From a virus: 49,594 bases of DNA. Within the stretch, counting starts at the first letter, position 1. Each line of letters starts with the position of its first letter. The stretch lies in the IMG/VR virus record IMGVR_UViG_3300021587_000025. One strand, 5' to 3'. Below the pieces are notes generated by a model. The model searched no databases. It had not been told where the DNA came from and worked only from the letters and a program-made list of their open reading frames with translations. Made by a program: the position numbers and the translations under genes. This document shows, one piece after another, positions 36,193 to 45,171 of the stretch.

Positions 36193-36990
36193 TCATAAAA
36201 TATAATCTGCTTTCTTTTCTAAGAACTTCTTTTTGTCCACATTCCAATTGTAATTATTGTATGCATAGAACTTACCATTAGCTATCTCAAACCGATCTAT
36301 CTTCATATAATAAACATCTGTAAAATCGAACGGTGAACGATTAGCTGGATGATTATACGAATAAGCCATTAGTTCTCTATCGAATCTAACTTTATAACCG
36401 AGCATCAATAATCTGTGTAAAAATTGAATATCTTCATAACCCCAACCTAAAGCATCATAGATTTCACTATATCCATTGAGAATCGACATCACCTCTAACG
36501 GATAAATACCGAATGAAAAAGTAAACATCGGATTATCTATTTTAAAATAACGACCAGTGCCACCAAAATTAGATTTCCATTTCTCATGATTTTGGCTCTG
36601 CCAGAGTTTCTCGCCAATTATAGCCCACTTCTCATACGTCTCCGAAAAATATTCGATATCTTCTGCAACTACATCCCAGAAATCCGGTCTGAATTCTAAT
36701 GAATCATCGCATCGTAGTATATAAGAACTCTCTGCATACAAAAGTGCAGTATTGAGTGCTTGAGAGAAATCTCGTTTTGTTTTGATTTCATTTTCCTTTA
36801 CTGGTGCATAAACAATTTGATAGTACTCATTTTTTCGTTCTTTAAGAAAAGCCTTAGTATCTTCATTGTAATTACTATCAATGACTATCAACTCTGCATC
36901 AGTAGAAGGATTTACAAATATTGGCTTTAAATATGATTTATCACGATTAGTAGCTATAATTACAGAATATTTAGGATTTGTTTTATTCAT
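36193..36990 (-). CDS. GT-A fold glycosyltransferase (GT2-like)
   Basis: 'YSVIIAT...IVID...ALNTALLYAESSYILRCDD...GWGYEDIQF'. Confidence 0.8.
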   Translation of the reverse strand: MNKTNPKYSVIIATNRDKSYLKPIFVNPSTDAELIVIDSNYNEDTKAFLKERKNEYYQIVYAPVKENEIKTKRDFSQALNTALLYAESSYILRCDDSLEFRPDFWDVVAEDIEYFSETYEKWAIIGEKLWQSQNHEKWKSNFGGTGRYFKIDNPMFTFSFGIYPLEVMSILNGYSEIYDALGWGYEDIQFLHRLLMLGYKVRFDRELMAYSYNHPANRSPFDFTDVYYMKIDRFEIANGKFYAYNNYNWNVDKKKFLEKKADYIL

Positions 36991-37166
36991 TTCAAAATGC
37001 TCATTATCTCATCCTTGACCAGCAACCCAATTAGTGATAAAACACTAATCAGAGCAATCCAGTAACCGAGACTACTTGTATGTATCAACGACACTATTGT
37101 TATTAATATTATACCAACCTCAATCATTTCTCGTTCGGTAAATTCTATTGCATCTATTGCTTTCAT
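36987..37166 (-). CDS. Small two-TM membrane protein (59 aa, not in the ORF track)
   Basis: MKAIDAIEFTEREMIEVGIILITIVSLIHTSSLGYWIALISVLSLIGLLVKDEIMSILK; ATGA overlaps on both sides. Confidence 0.6.
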   Translation of the reverse strand: MKAIDAIEFTEREMIEVGIILITIVSLIHTSSLGYWIALISVLSLIGLLVKDEIMSILK

Positions 37167-37291
37167 ACTTCTTTTATGAGGAAACTAACTACCTCCTCTT
37201 CACGTGCTATCTCATATAATTGCTTCTTTATATATTCTATATCCTCCTCAAGACCTCGACAGGTCATCTGTATTTCAAATGCCTTCTTCAT
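37163..37291 (-). CDS. Small hypothetical protein (42 aa, not in the ORF track)
   Basis: MKKAFEIQMTCRGLEEDIEYIKKQLYEIAREEEVVSFLIKEV; ATGA coupling to both neighbours. Confidence 0.55.
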   Translation of the reverse strand: MKKAFEIQMTCRGLEEDIEYIKKQLYEIAREEEVVSFLIKEV

Positions 37292-38583
37292 GTACAAATC
37301 TCCTTTCTTTTATCCCATTCGGGATAGTCTTCCTTTTTAAAATATTTAATTTTTGTTTCTAACATTATAGGATGATAACCCATATCTAAATGACAGTAAG
37401 GATTTTCAGGTTCAGGATCAGCAGTTGCCTTCCATATCCAATATAACGGAGAACCTTGTGGTCTTTTAAAAGCTTTAATTATGAATCTACCATTAAGAAG
37501 TTTCTGATTGAGTTCGGGCTGGTCGGTATCCGAATAGAAGAATAATTCGTGATAATCAGGACGAGCAGTACCGGTCTTCACTTTCCCTGTCCATATCGCA
37601 CCAAGATAGCCAAAAGCATGAATTGTAGCACCCACATCTCCAGGAAACAGCCAGTACGATTTATCTTTTATGATATACTTATCAATAATCTCTGCTCCCT
37701 TTTCATCAATAAGATATTCTTTTGTTTTTTTGATTCTCATATTTGAAGGTTCTTCTATTTGCATCCTCTCTTTACTTAAAAACAATCCTTTTTGAACGTT
37801 TGCATGACCCTTTTGCTCTTTATTCAGTTCACCTAATAATACTCGAATATATGATTCCATATCACTTTCAACTAATATCCCCTGAATCAACTTATCTATT
37901 CCTTTCAAATGCCATCGGATATCACAATGTAAACTATGACCTATTATAATCTCTTTAAATGATTTCTTATGTTTAATAAAAGCATCTCTATCTTCAGGCT
38001 TTACGCCTCGAATATGAAATTGAGCCAGTGCATAACCCTCTCGATAATCAACATAATACTTAGAAGGTAAAGGTTTATTTTTATAATCTCCTTCCTTTAT
38101 AAGTTGTTTATATTCCTCAGGAGTAAGTTTTTGTGCCTTTGCTCTGATATCAGCTTTCTCAAAAGAAATATCCATATATCTCTCAGGATTAATTAATATA
38201 TTCTGAACTCCTCGCGGCAGTTTTATTGGAGATGGATTCTTAAATAACTCTTTCTTTTTGATTCTATATGCATAAAGAGGAAACTCCCAACCCCATCGCT
38301 TGAATTGTTCATCTGTAACTCTATGCTCTTTTTGCAACTTATCGAATTCTTTTTTACTTTTAATAACAAAAGGCTTATCTAACCATACATACCCATAAGC
38401 ATAATGCAATCCAAATATTAGAAGCTTCTCATTATCAATATTAAAGTTTCTATCCTTTAGAATAAGTGATTTATTTCCCTCCCATATAGCCCTTGCATGA
38501 CCTTCCGGCAAATAGAGTCCTCTACCCTTTACACCTCTTGCACGTAATTCTAAATCAATAATCTTTAATAACTTATCTTTCAT
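37288..38583 (-). CDS. ASCH/PUA-like domain fused to a LigD 3'-phosphoesterase-like domain
   Basis: N-terminal 'GLYLPEGHARAIWEGNKSLILK...AYGYVWL...WEFPLYAY' (ASCH-like); 'LAQFHIRG...HSLHCDIRW' resembles the LigD PE motif QxH...HxDxR; 'HELFF...LLNGRFII'. Confidence 0.65.
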   Translation of the reverse strand: MKDKLLKIIDLELRARGVKGRGLYLPEGHARAIWEGNKSLILKDRNFNIDNEKLLIFGLHYAYGYVWLDKPFVIKSKKEFDKLQKEHRVTDEQFKRWGWEFPLYAYRIKKKELFKNPSPIKLPRGVQNILINPERYMDISFEKADIRAKAQKLTPEEYKQLIKEGDYKNKPLPSKYYVDYREGYALAQFHIRGVKPEDRDAFIKHKKSFKEIIIGHSLHCDIRWHLKGIDKLIQGILVESDMESYIRVLLGELNKEQKGHANVQKGLFLSKERMQIEEPSNMRIKKTKEYLIDEKGAEIIDKYIIKDKSYWLFPGDVGATIHAFGYLGAIWTGKVKTGTARPDYHELFFYSDTDQPELNQKLLNGRFIIKAFKRPQGSPLYWIWKATADPEPENPYCHLDMGYHPIMLETKIKYFKKEDYPEWDKRKEICT

Positions 38584-40939
38584 TCAAATATTTCCTCAAT
38601 TCCCAAAGTTGATTATCACTCAATGCTTTAACTTTCTCAGCTACTCGCTTCAATTCTTTAGGTAGTTTTTCTCCTCTTATGTGAAGCAAATCTTCAATAC
38701 TCATACGCTTGGGTTCAAGAAGACTTAAACGTTCTAATACCTGGAGTGAATCACTAACATTCTTTTCGGGTACTAATTCAAGCGGTCTCCCAATATAAAA
38801 CGAATAGCGAGGATAATCGGGATGCTCTTTATTTTCATACTTTATAACTTCTTCTGCAGCTATCCTGAGGATGTCTCCAATTTCTCCTTGAATATTTGTA
38901 TTATCAGTTTTGGTCATCACCATAACCCAACGACCATTCTTATCAAGAATCTCTTTACCTCTGTATAGCTGTTTGCCTACCAAAACACCCGCAGAATCAT
39001 ACCATGATTTTTGAGACATAGATGCTAAGACTTTAGCATATTCTTTAGGGATATCTATCCCTAAAAGATAGTTCCAAGTTTTCTTTGCTCCTTTAACAAG
39101 TTTTTTATCCAAGATAACACAATCCAATTCTCTAAAAATTTTTGCTTTTGCCCACGACTTATTCTGTGGAACTTGATATACACCATCGAGGGTTTTAATC
39201 ATTACACCCTCTGCTAAATACTTAACAAACTTACCATGTCTCCTCAATCCTTTATCTTTAGTAATTATATTCCAAGCTCTATGGATACCCTTAAAGTCAT
39301 TACCACGCACATAAAATGCAGGATGACCTGCCTCAATTACATGGCTCGGTCGTTCAATGATGATATGTTCACTATCTTTTATTTTATTTAAATATTTAAG
39401 CCTCTCAGATAATGGTAAATTCCTTAAATCTTTACCTTTATAAAACAAAACATCAAAAACAAATATATAAGCAAAAGGAGCAAGTTTCTCAGCATCTTCT
39501 TTAGAATTCAATATGCTATTCGCATCAGTGCGATGAATAACTTCATTTCCCACCATCGCTATAAATTCAGCATCCAATACAGTTCCATCAGGTAAATTAG
39601 TTTCAAGCTCTCGCACAATTTCAGGAAGACGAGATGATACATTAGGAGACTTATGCTTTACATCTGCAGGATCAACAAAAACATAACCTTTACCCTTTAG
39701 TTTTAAAGCAGTTACACGTAGACCATCAGCTTTAGAATCAATCAATAAATCTTTCTTATCCCAACCAAGATGTTTTAAATCACTTTCTATTAAATCTATA
39801 TCACAACGATAAGCAGGTTTACTTTTTGAAAAATAAGTAGCAACTAATGCCTTTTTGAGAATTCTATCACGTTTTCTATCCCACTCCTCTTTTTCCTCTT
39901 TAGTTTTTGGTGGTGAAGACTTAATTAAACCTTTTTTCTTGCATCTCCAATATAATTTCCAAAATGAAGAATTATCATGCTTTTCAGGTATTATAAAACC
40001 AACACTGCGGAGAGTGTCTATACATTTAGCAAAATATTTCTCAACATCTTCAAGAGTCCAATCGCCCCATTTTTCTCCCTTTAATAAACGTGGAAAGGCT
40101 GAATTTCCGAGGTAGCGGGCATCCGCCATAATTTCTCTCCATCGAGTCTCTGGATGTTTGAGATCGTAATCCACACCCGTACTCCTAAATTCCTCTAAAT
40201 GTAATTTTGACTTAATTTGATCACCTTTAATTAACTTCCCATCTCTTGTAAAAGTAAGAACCATGCCTTTCTTTGCAAATAAAATAGGTATATCCCAATC
40301 TTTTCTCAATCGTTTCAATACCTCATCTTTACGACGTAATAAATCTAATCTAAAATTAGTAAGCGTAATTGATAATAATCCTTTATGTTCTTTACAAGCT
40401 AAAATCCTATCAGCAAAATTTATAAAATTGATCTTATGATCTGGTTTACTATACGAACCAATACCCGCTATAAGATGATGTGGAGGAAGAGAAATATCTT
40501 TTATTAACTGCTGTCCTAAATAAGGTGGTAACTCAGGAAGAATAGCAACTCTGAATTGTGGAAAGCGTAAACCTATCATCGGTTCATGAGGTGCGATTGG
40601 AGTCTTTTCCGGTAATATCTTGAGATTACCGACTTTAAAATCATTGCCCATAACTTTAATAACTTTTCTTAACTGCTCATCAGGAATATAATGCTTAACT
40701 CCTAAAGTAGAATAAATAGGAACATCATTATCTGCATAATATTTCCATTGAGACCACTCATCTGGATCAATATCGCAAACTACTACTGCATTAATACCCT
40801 CTATTTTCTTAGTAGGCTGAATAAGTAAATGAGTATCTTGATAATCTACCTCTATACAACTATGATCTCTATTAGATGCTAAAATTCCGTGAAACTTAAC
40901 TTTTAGATTACTCATTAAATTTATTGGATAAATATACAC
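38573..40939 (-). CDS. Multidomain protein: degenerate metallo-beta-lactamase-like N-terminus, a small helical domain, and an ATP-dependent DNA ligase (adenylation + OB); likely start 40915
   Basis: Ligase motifs I SKADGLR, III LDAEF, IIIa VFDVL, IV EGVMIK, V WAKAK. N-terminus 'KVKFHG...HSCIEV...LLIQP' is MBL-like but lacks HxHxDH. Confidence 0.8.
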   Translation of the reverse strand: MYIYPINLMSNLKVKFHGILASNRDHSCIEVDYQDTHLLIQPTKKIEGINAVVVCDIDPDEWSQWKYYADNDVPIYSTLGVKHYIPDEQLRKVIKVMGNDFKVGNLKILPEKTPIAPHEPMIGLRFPQFRVAILPELPPYLGQQLIKDISLPPHHLIAGIGSYSKPDHKINFINFADRILACKEHKGLLSITLTNFRLDLLRRKDEVLKRLRKDWDIPILFAKKGMVLTFTRDGKLIKGDQIKSKLHLEEFRSTGVDYDLKHPETRWREIMADARYLGNSAFPRLLKGEKWGDWTLEDVEKYFAKCIDTLRSVGFIIPEKHDNSSFWKLYWRCKKKGLIKSSPPKTKEEKEEWDRKRDRILKKALVATYFSKSKPAYRCDIDLIESDLKHLGWDKKDLLIDSKADGLRVTALKLKGKGYVFVDPADVKHKSPNVSSRLPEIVRELETNLPDGTVLDAEFIAMVGNEVIHRTDANSILNSKEDAEKLAPFAYIFVFDVLFYKGKDLRNLPLSERLKYLNKIKDSEHIIIERPSHVIEAGHPAFYVRGNDFKGIHRAWNIITKDKGLRRHGKFVKYLAEGVMIKTLDGVYQVPQNKSWAKAKIFRELDCVILDKKLVKGAKKTWNYLLGIDIPKEYAKVLASMSQKSWYDSAGVLVGKQLYRGKEILDKNGRWVMVMTKTDNTNIQGEIGDILRIAAEEVIKYENKEHPDYPRYSFYIGRPLELVPEKNVSDSLQVLERLSLLEPKRMSIEDLLHIRGEKLPKELKRVAEKVKALSDNQLWELRKYLNER

Positions 40940-41294
40940 AACAAGCTAAAAGAAAAGTATCTAAGTCTACCGCATGTTCTCTTGCAGCTTGTTTCAATTT
41001 AAGTGGACCAAAGTACCCCATTAAATCAACAGCATAATCTAAAAGATGATCTTTCTTCTTTATTTCTAAATTATCTAAAGACTCTTTCCACTCCTTAGTT
41101 AGAATATCTTCCTTGAAAGTTACAGGACTACACTCCTGAAAATACCTATCATCAGCAGGTTTTATTAATATATAATTACGAATCCATTTAACATTCTCAT
41201 CAAGACTATCTAATCTACCAACAAGTTTACCTAAAACAAAAACATATTGAACTACAAAACCAATAGCGCTAAGAAGTGCAACATATTCTATCAT
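40908..41294 (-). CDS. Hypothetical protein with an N-terminal TM helix
   Basis: 'YVALLSAIGFVVQYVFVLG' followed by a short coiled coil. Confidence 0.55.
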   Translation of the reverse strand: MIEYVALLSAIGFVVQYVFVLGKLVGRLDSLDENVKWIRNYILIKPADDRYFQECSPVTFKEDILTKEWKESLDNLEIKKKDHLLDYAVDLMGYFGPLKLKQAAREHAVDLDTFLLACCVYLSNKFNE

Positions 41295-41300
41295 TTCATA

Positions 41301-41756
41301 TTAATAAACTCTCGCCACATGCGCCGCTGGAGTAGGAACAACTGCAACCCTTTCTAAATTAAGATCAACTATTCTTATAAAAAACTGTTCATCTTTATCA
41401 AGAGATTTGAATTCAGTACTCAAGCCATTATTTCCTTCAGCGAATTGTTGTAAAACCCAACGATTCCAACGAGGATAAACATGGATATCACCAAGAAGTA
41501 CCTTATTATGTGAATCATAATTGAAATTATCTACATAACCTATCTCAACATTCTTTCTTTCATGACCAAATATCAAAGGAACTCTATCGGGTCGTACCTT
41601 GCTTAATACACTATCGGGTATAAAAATCGGTCTCCCATCAGAAGTAGAATCATAAATCAGTTCATCAGCCTGCAAAAGAGGACGCTGAATATATACATCT
41701 TTAGACCTAACATCGAGATATACAATTTGAGTAACAACCCTCCGTCTAAATCTCAT
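41301..41756 (-). CDS. Stand-alone prohead protease-like protein (S77/S78 fold)
   Basis: 'VPLIFGHE...EIGYV...GLSTEF...LERVAVVPTPAAHVARV' (His and Ser motifs); directly after portal. Confidence 0.65.
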   Translation of the reverse strand: MRFRRRVVTQIVYLDVRSKDVYIQRPLLQADELIYDSTSDGRPIFIPDSVLSKVRPDRVPLIFGHERKNVEIGYVDNFNYDSHNKVLLGDIHVYPRWNRWVLQQFAEGNNGLSTEFKSLDKDEQFFIRIVDLNLERVAVVPTPAAHVARVY

Positions 41757-42784
41757 TTTGAATAGGGTAAAACTAAACTTGCAGGTGGTAATATTTTAAT
41801 TTTCGCCTTAGTATCTTTTAATATTTGCGTGTTTATCGCTTTCTGAAGCGCTTTTTGATAATATTTAATTGTAAAAGTCAACCATACATTAGCACGACTT
41901 TTAGCTGTGGCAAATGAACCTGACTTCGTTATTGCTCCTATTATTTCAGGAGGCGTGCCACTTCCCACAAGAATGCTATTCATTGCCCACATCATATAGT
42001 CTTCCAACTGCGGAACAGTACTCTTAGAATCTATAACATCTATCTCGATGAGGTCAGTAGTTACAAACTCATGATCTCCTGAAAGATCTTTAAATTCCTG
42101 ACCTATCCTTCTCCTCTCTTCTTCCGAAGGATAACGACCAGTCATTTCGTCTTTATGACATACAACATGGAAACGTGGCATGTGTCGAGCTATAGCTATG
42201 GCAGTATTTTCCTCAATTAAACGCTTACGTTCTATCGCCCTCTTACTTGCACCTAATAAAGGTATACCATATAAACTATCAGGTCTATGAAAAAACTCTA
42301 CTTCAAAAATATCATCCTGAGTAAGATTCTTATTCTCATAAACATAAACAACATCCCCGTTGGACTTTAATTTCTTAGTAACATCTAATGGAAATAGAGG
42401 AACAATATTATAAAACTCACCAGCTCTATTCCTAATTATTTTAGAAAAAGAATTCCCGAATATAAGAGTATCACGAACCACATCATAGAAATTCATCCAC
42501 GCTCTATCGAATGCAGTTCTCAAGTGTTCAAATTCTTCAGAGCCTTTAGCAATTCCTTCTAATTCAAAATCTTCACCTAAAGCAATTGTAGAAATAGCCT
42601 GTACCACCGCCCACGCTGTTTCATCCGTAAGATACAAATTCCATAATCGCTTCAACAATTCAGTATTCCGCTGTGCAGCGCTATCATCAATACCTTTAAT
42701 TTGTATATTGAGCTTTTCTGAATTAACTCTGTAATTTTCACTTATTTCAACTTCATTATCCAAATCCTTAAACTTAATCCTCAT
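41753..42784 (-). CDS. Portal protein (compact)
   Basis: Follows TerL; 'DTLIFGNSFSKI...IVPLFPLDV...DSLYGIPLL...GTPPEIIG...GSFATAK'. Confidence 0.8.
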   Translation of the reverse strand: MRIKFKDLDNEVEISENYRVNSEKLNIQIKGIDDSAAQRNTELLKRLWNLYLTDETAWAVVQAISTIALGEDFELEGIAKGSEEFEHLRTAFDRAWMNFYDVVRDTLIFGNSFSKIIRNRAGEFYNIVPLFPLDVTKKLKSNGDVVYVYENKNLTQDDIFEVEFFHRPDSLYGIPLLGASKRAIERKRLIEENTAIAIARHMPRFHVVCHKDEMTGRYPSEEERRRIGQEFKDLSGDHEFVTTDLIEIDVIDSKSTVPQLEDYMMWAMNSILVGSGTPPEIIGAITKSGSFATAKSRANVWLTFTIKYYQKALQKAINTQILKDTKAKIKILPPASLVLPYSK

Positions 42785-44229
42785 ACCTTAGTAACACTCC
42801 AACTAAAATCTTCTGACCTATCATCAACTCTTGTAAACGACCATAGATTAGCATCGGGCTGACGTTCATTCACACTTGAAACATCCATCGCTTGCAAAGC
42901 CAAAGCTAAAGCATCACAAAGATCATCCCTACCACGACCTTCTGCAGGACCCATCTTCTTATGTTCTGAATCATAATAAACAAATGAACCTAATTCTTGC
43001 ATCAAACGAGGAAACTCATCAGCAACAATATTTACCTTTCTATTATAAAATGCTAATACCAATTTATCAATTAATTGTTTTTTCAAAATATCATTGTGAA
43101 TTGAAACACCAACTATAGGAAGATCACGGAGATCGCTAATTATAACATCACCAATACCACTTTTATCTGCTACGATTCTAACAGGTTTAAACCGCCTATA
43201 CAACTCTCTTATTTTAGCGAATTGAATTTGCCAATCATCAGAAAAAGTGGCTGTGTATTTAACATCACCAGTTTCCATATCAATTACTACAACAGCAGTA
43301 GGATCAATTGAACGTCCAAAATCTATACCCATGACAAGATTACCACTATTAGGTAAATGTTCATTTCGTTTTATGGCATCGAGTAGAAGATCATCTGGTA
43401 TCACTCTGTTGGTTACACTTCTAAATTTAGCCTCATATAGTTGTTCATACAATTCCTCCATTCCCGAACGCTTATATTCCTCACGCTTCTTTTCAAACAC
43501 CGACCTGGGTATCCAAAAACACTCATGAGGTTCTAATGAAATACGAACAACATCCTCAGCATTCCACACATTCAACATCACAGTAGAATTCAGATAAGGA
43601 GTAGAAGCTGCAACCTCTATGCCACCTTGAGTAGCCATCTGCGAAAAAGAAGCATAGTAGGCTTCAGGAGTCAAACGCCCTATTTCATCAATTAAAAGAA
43701 GAGAGGCATGCCAGCCTGTACGAGTTTTTGGTGATTGAGGCATTGATATGATTTTAGAATTAAGCTTTGCTAATTTTATTTCTGTTTTTGATGCTGTTGC
43801 TTCGTATTTGCTTTCAATATAACGTCTAAATACTGAATTACTTATCCAGCGCCGTATTTCTTCTATATGCTTCTTAGCAACTGGCTCAGAAATTGAGCCT
43901 ATAACTGTAAGGGAATTAGAAAAATGTGTTACCTCTATAAACGCAAGCATATCGAGCAGAACCGATTTACCTGCTCCCGTTGCTGATTTTAGTATAATCC
44001 TCTTTTTATCACTAAGACCTAATCTTGCAGCAAGATATAATTTGATTACATCATAGAATTTCTTACCACGTGGTCTAATGAAAACACCATCTTTATTTTT
44101 CGGTAATTCACAAAAAAATTCAAATATTTGTCTGTTTATAGGAGTATTACATTCATCACAGAATATGCGACCATACCTAATCTCCCTACCACAGTGATAA
44201 CAGTAAGACAGATACCTCTCCGAAACCAT
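42781..44229 (-). CDS. terL: Terminase large subunit with an N-terminal zinc finger
   Basis: Walker A ATGAGKS, Walker B LLLIDE, nuclease MGIDFGRSIDPTA and RDDLCDALALA; N-terminal CYHC...CDEC. Confidence 0.92.
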   Translation of the reverse strand: MVSERYLSYCYHCGREIRYGRIFCDECNTPINRQIFEFFCELPKNKDGVFIRPRGKKFYDVIKLYLAARLGLSDKKRIILKSATGAGKSVLLDMLAFIEVTHFSNSLTVIGSISEPVAKKHIEEIRRWISNSVFRRYIESKYEATASKTEIKLAKLNSKIISMPQSPKTRTGWHASLLLIDEIGRLTPEAYYASFSQMATQGGIEVAASTPYLNSTVMLNVWNAEDVVRISLEPHECFWIPRSVFEKKREEYKRSGMEELYEQLYEAKFRSVTNRVIPDDLLLDAIKRNEHLPNSGNLVMGIDFGRSIDPTAVVVIDMETGDVKYTATFSDDWQIQFAKIRELYRRFKPVRIVADKSGIGDVIISDLRDLPIVGVSIHNDILKKQLIDKLVLAFYNRKVNIVADEFPRLMQELGSFVYYDSEHKKMGPAEGRGRDDLCDALALALQAMDVSSVNERQPDANLWSFTRVDDRSEDFSWSVTKV

Positions 44230-44260
44230 AGAAACACTAAAAAATAAAATTATGCTATTT

Positions 44261-44524
44261 TTATACTCTTCGCATTAACGCCTTAAACAGCTGTTGAACA
44301 AGAACAATCAAACCAGTATACGCTGCAAGCTGTTCAGTGACATTTGCCTCCGTAATAGGCACTCCAGTTACGTAACAAATACTTCCTATAAGCACCGCAA
44401 CTACAAAGGTCGAAAGAAACTTAGCAACATCAAAATCCTCCTGAGGAGCATTCTTCAAATAGCCCGCAAGACCATATATCACAGATGCAATAATCGCATA
44501 AACAATCGTCTCCATACACATCAC
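44261..44524 (-). CDS. Small membrane protein (holin-like)
   Basis: 87 aa, about 3 hydrophobic segments, basic C-terminal tail. Confidence 0.5.
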   Translation of the reverse strand: MMCMETIVYAIIASVIYGLAGYLKNAPQEDFDVAKFLSTFVVAVLIGSICYVTGVPITEANVTEQLAAYTGLIVLVQQLFKALMRRV

Positions 44525-44545
44525 CCCAATAATATTGTTTTATAT

Positions 44546-45166
44546 TTATGTAGCATGATATGGATAAGCATCCTTTTCAGGTAAATAATTCTTACATATA
44601 GCTTTTCTTTTAATAATTAGTCTTTCTATCTGTTCATCAATACTCGATTTAAAACTTTTCTCAAGTTCAGGTAATATTGCATTTATTCTCGCTATCTTTT
44701 CAGCAATAGCCGCCATTTTCGCTACATCCCTTTCCTCTTTGACTCGCTGTTCAAGCACCTTTAAAATCTCTTCCAATTCCTCACGATGAGCTTTAGCAAG
44801 ATTAATTTTAGTAGTACTCGGTTTCTTTCTCTTCTTTCTCTGTTTTTCCTTCAATCGTTCATAAGCTATATCATGATCAATCAAAGTGTTAATCGCATCT
44901 GTAACAGTCCAACCTTTTAGCTCTCTATATTTTTTAAAACGCTTACTTGTATACTCATCTACATGAAGCGTAAAAACACTACCATCTTTTTCTCGTATGT
45001 GGATAGTAGAAGTGAACTCTTTTTCAATTTTCCGTTTTACCTGCAAATCGGATATGGGCTCTCCTGGAAACTGCTTCTTGTACTCAGATATCGTCATCCC
45101 ATGCTGTTTTAAGTGAAAATAAGTAATACGTCCTAAGTCCTTACCGCAAATTTTGCAACGTACCAT
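44546..45166 (-). CDS. C2H2 (Ros/MucR-like) zinc finger + RHH-like + coiled-coil DNA-binding protein; candidate terminase small subunit or regulator
   Basis: 'CKICGK...HLKQHGMTISEYKKQFP'; 'FTLHVDEYTSKRF...TVTDAINTLI'; located two genes upstream of terL. Confidence 0.55.
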   Translation of the reverse strand: MVRCKICGKDLGRITYFHLKQHGMTISEYKKQFPGEPISDLQVKRKIEKEFTSTIHIREKDGSVFTLHVDEYTSKRFKKYRELKGWTVTDAINTLIDHDIAYERLKEKQRKKRKKPSTTKINLAKAHREELEEILKVLEQRVKEERDVAKMAAIAEKIARINAILPELEKSFKSSIDEQIERLIIKRKAICKNYLPEKDAYPYHAT

Positions 45167-45171
45167 GAATA

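Noticed and set aside
38573-44229. Inteins or introns in TerL or the ligase
   Set aside because: TerL has normal length; no C/S-start...HN-C/S/T splice motifs or LAGLIDADG blocks seen.
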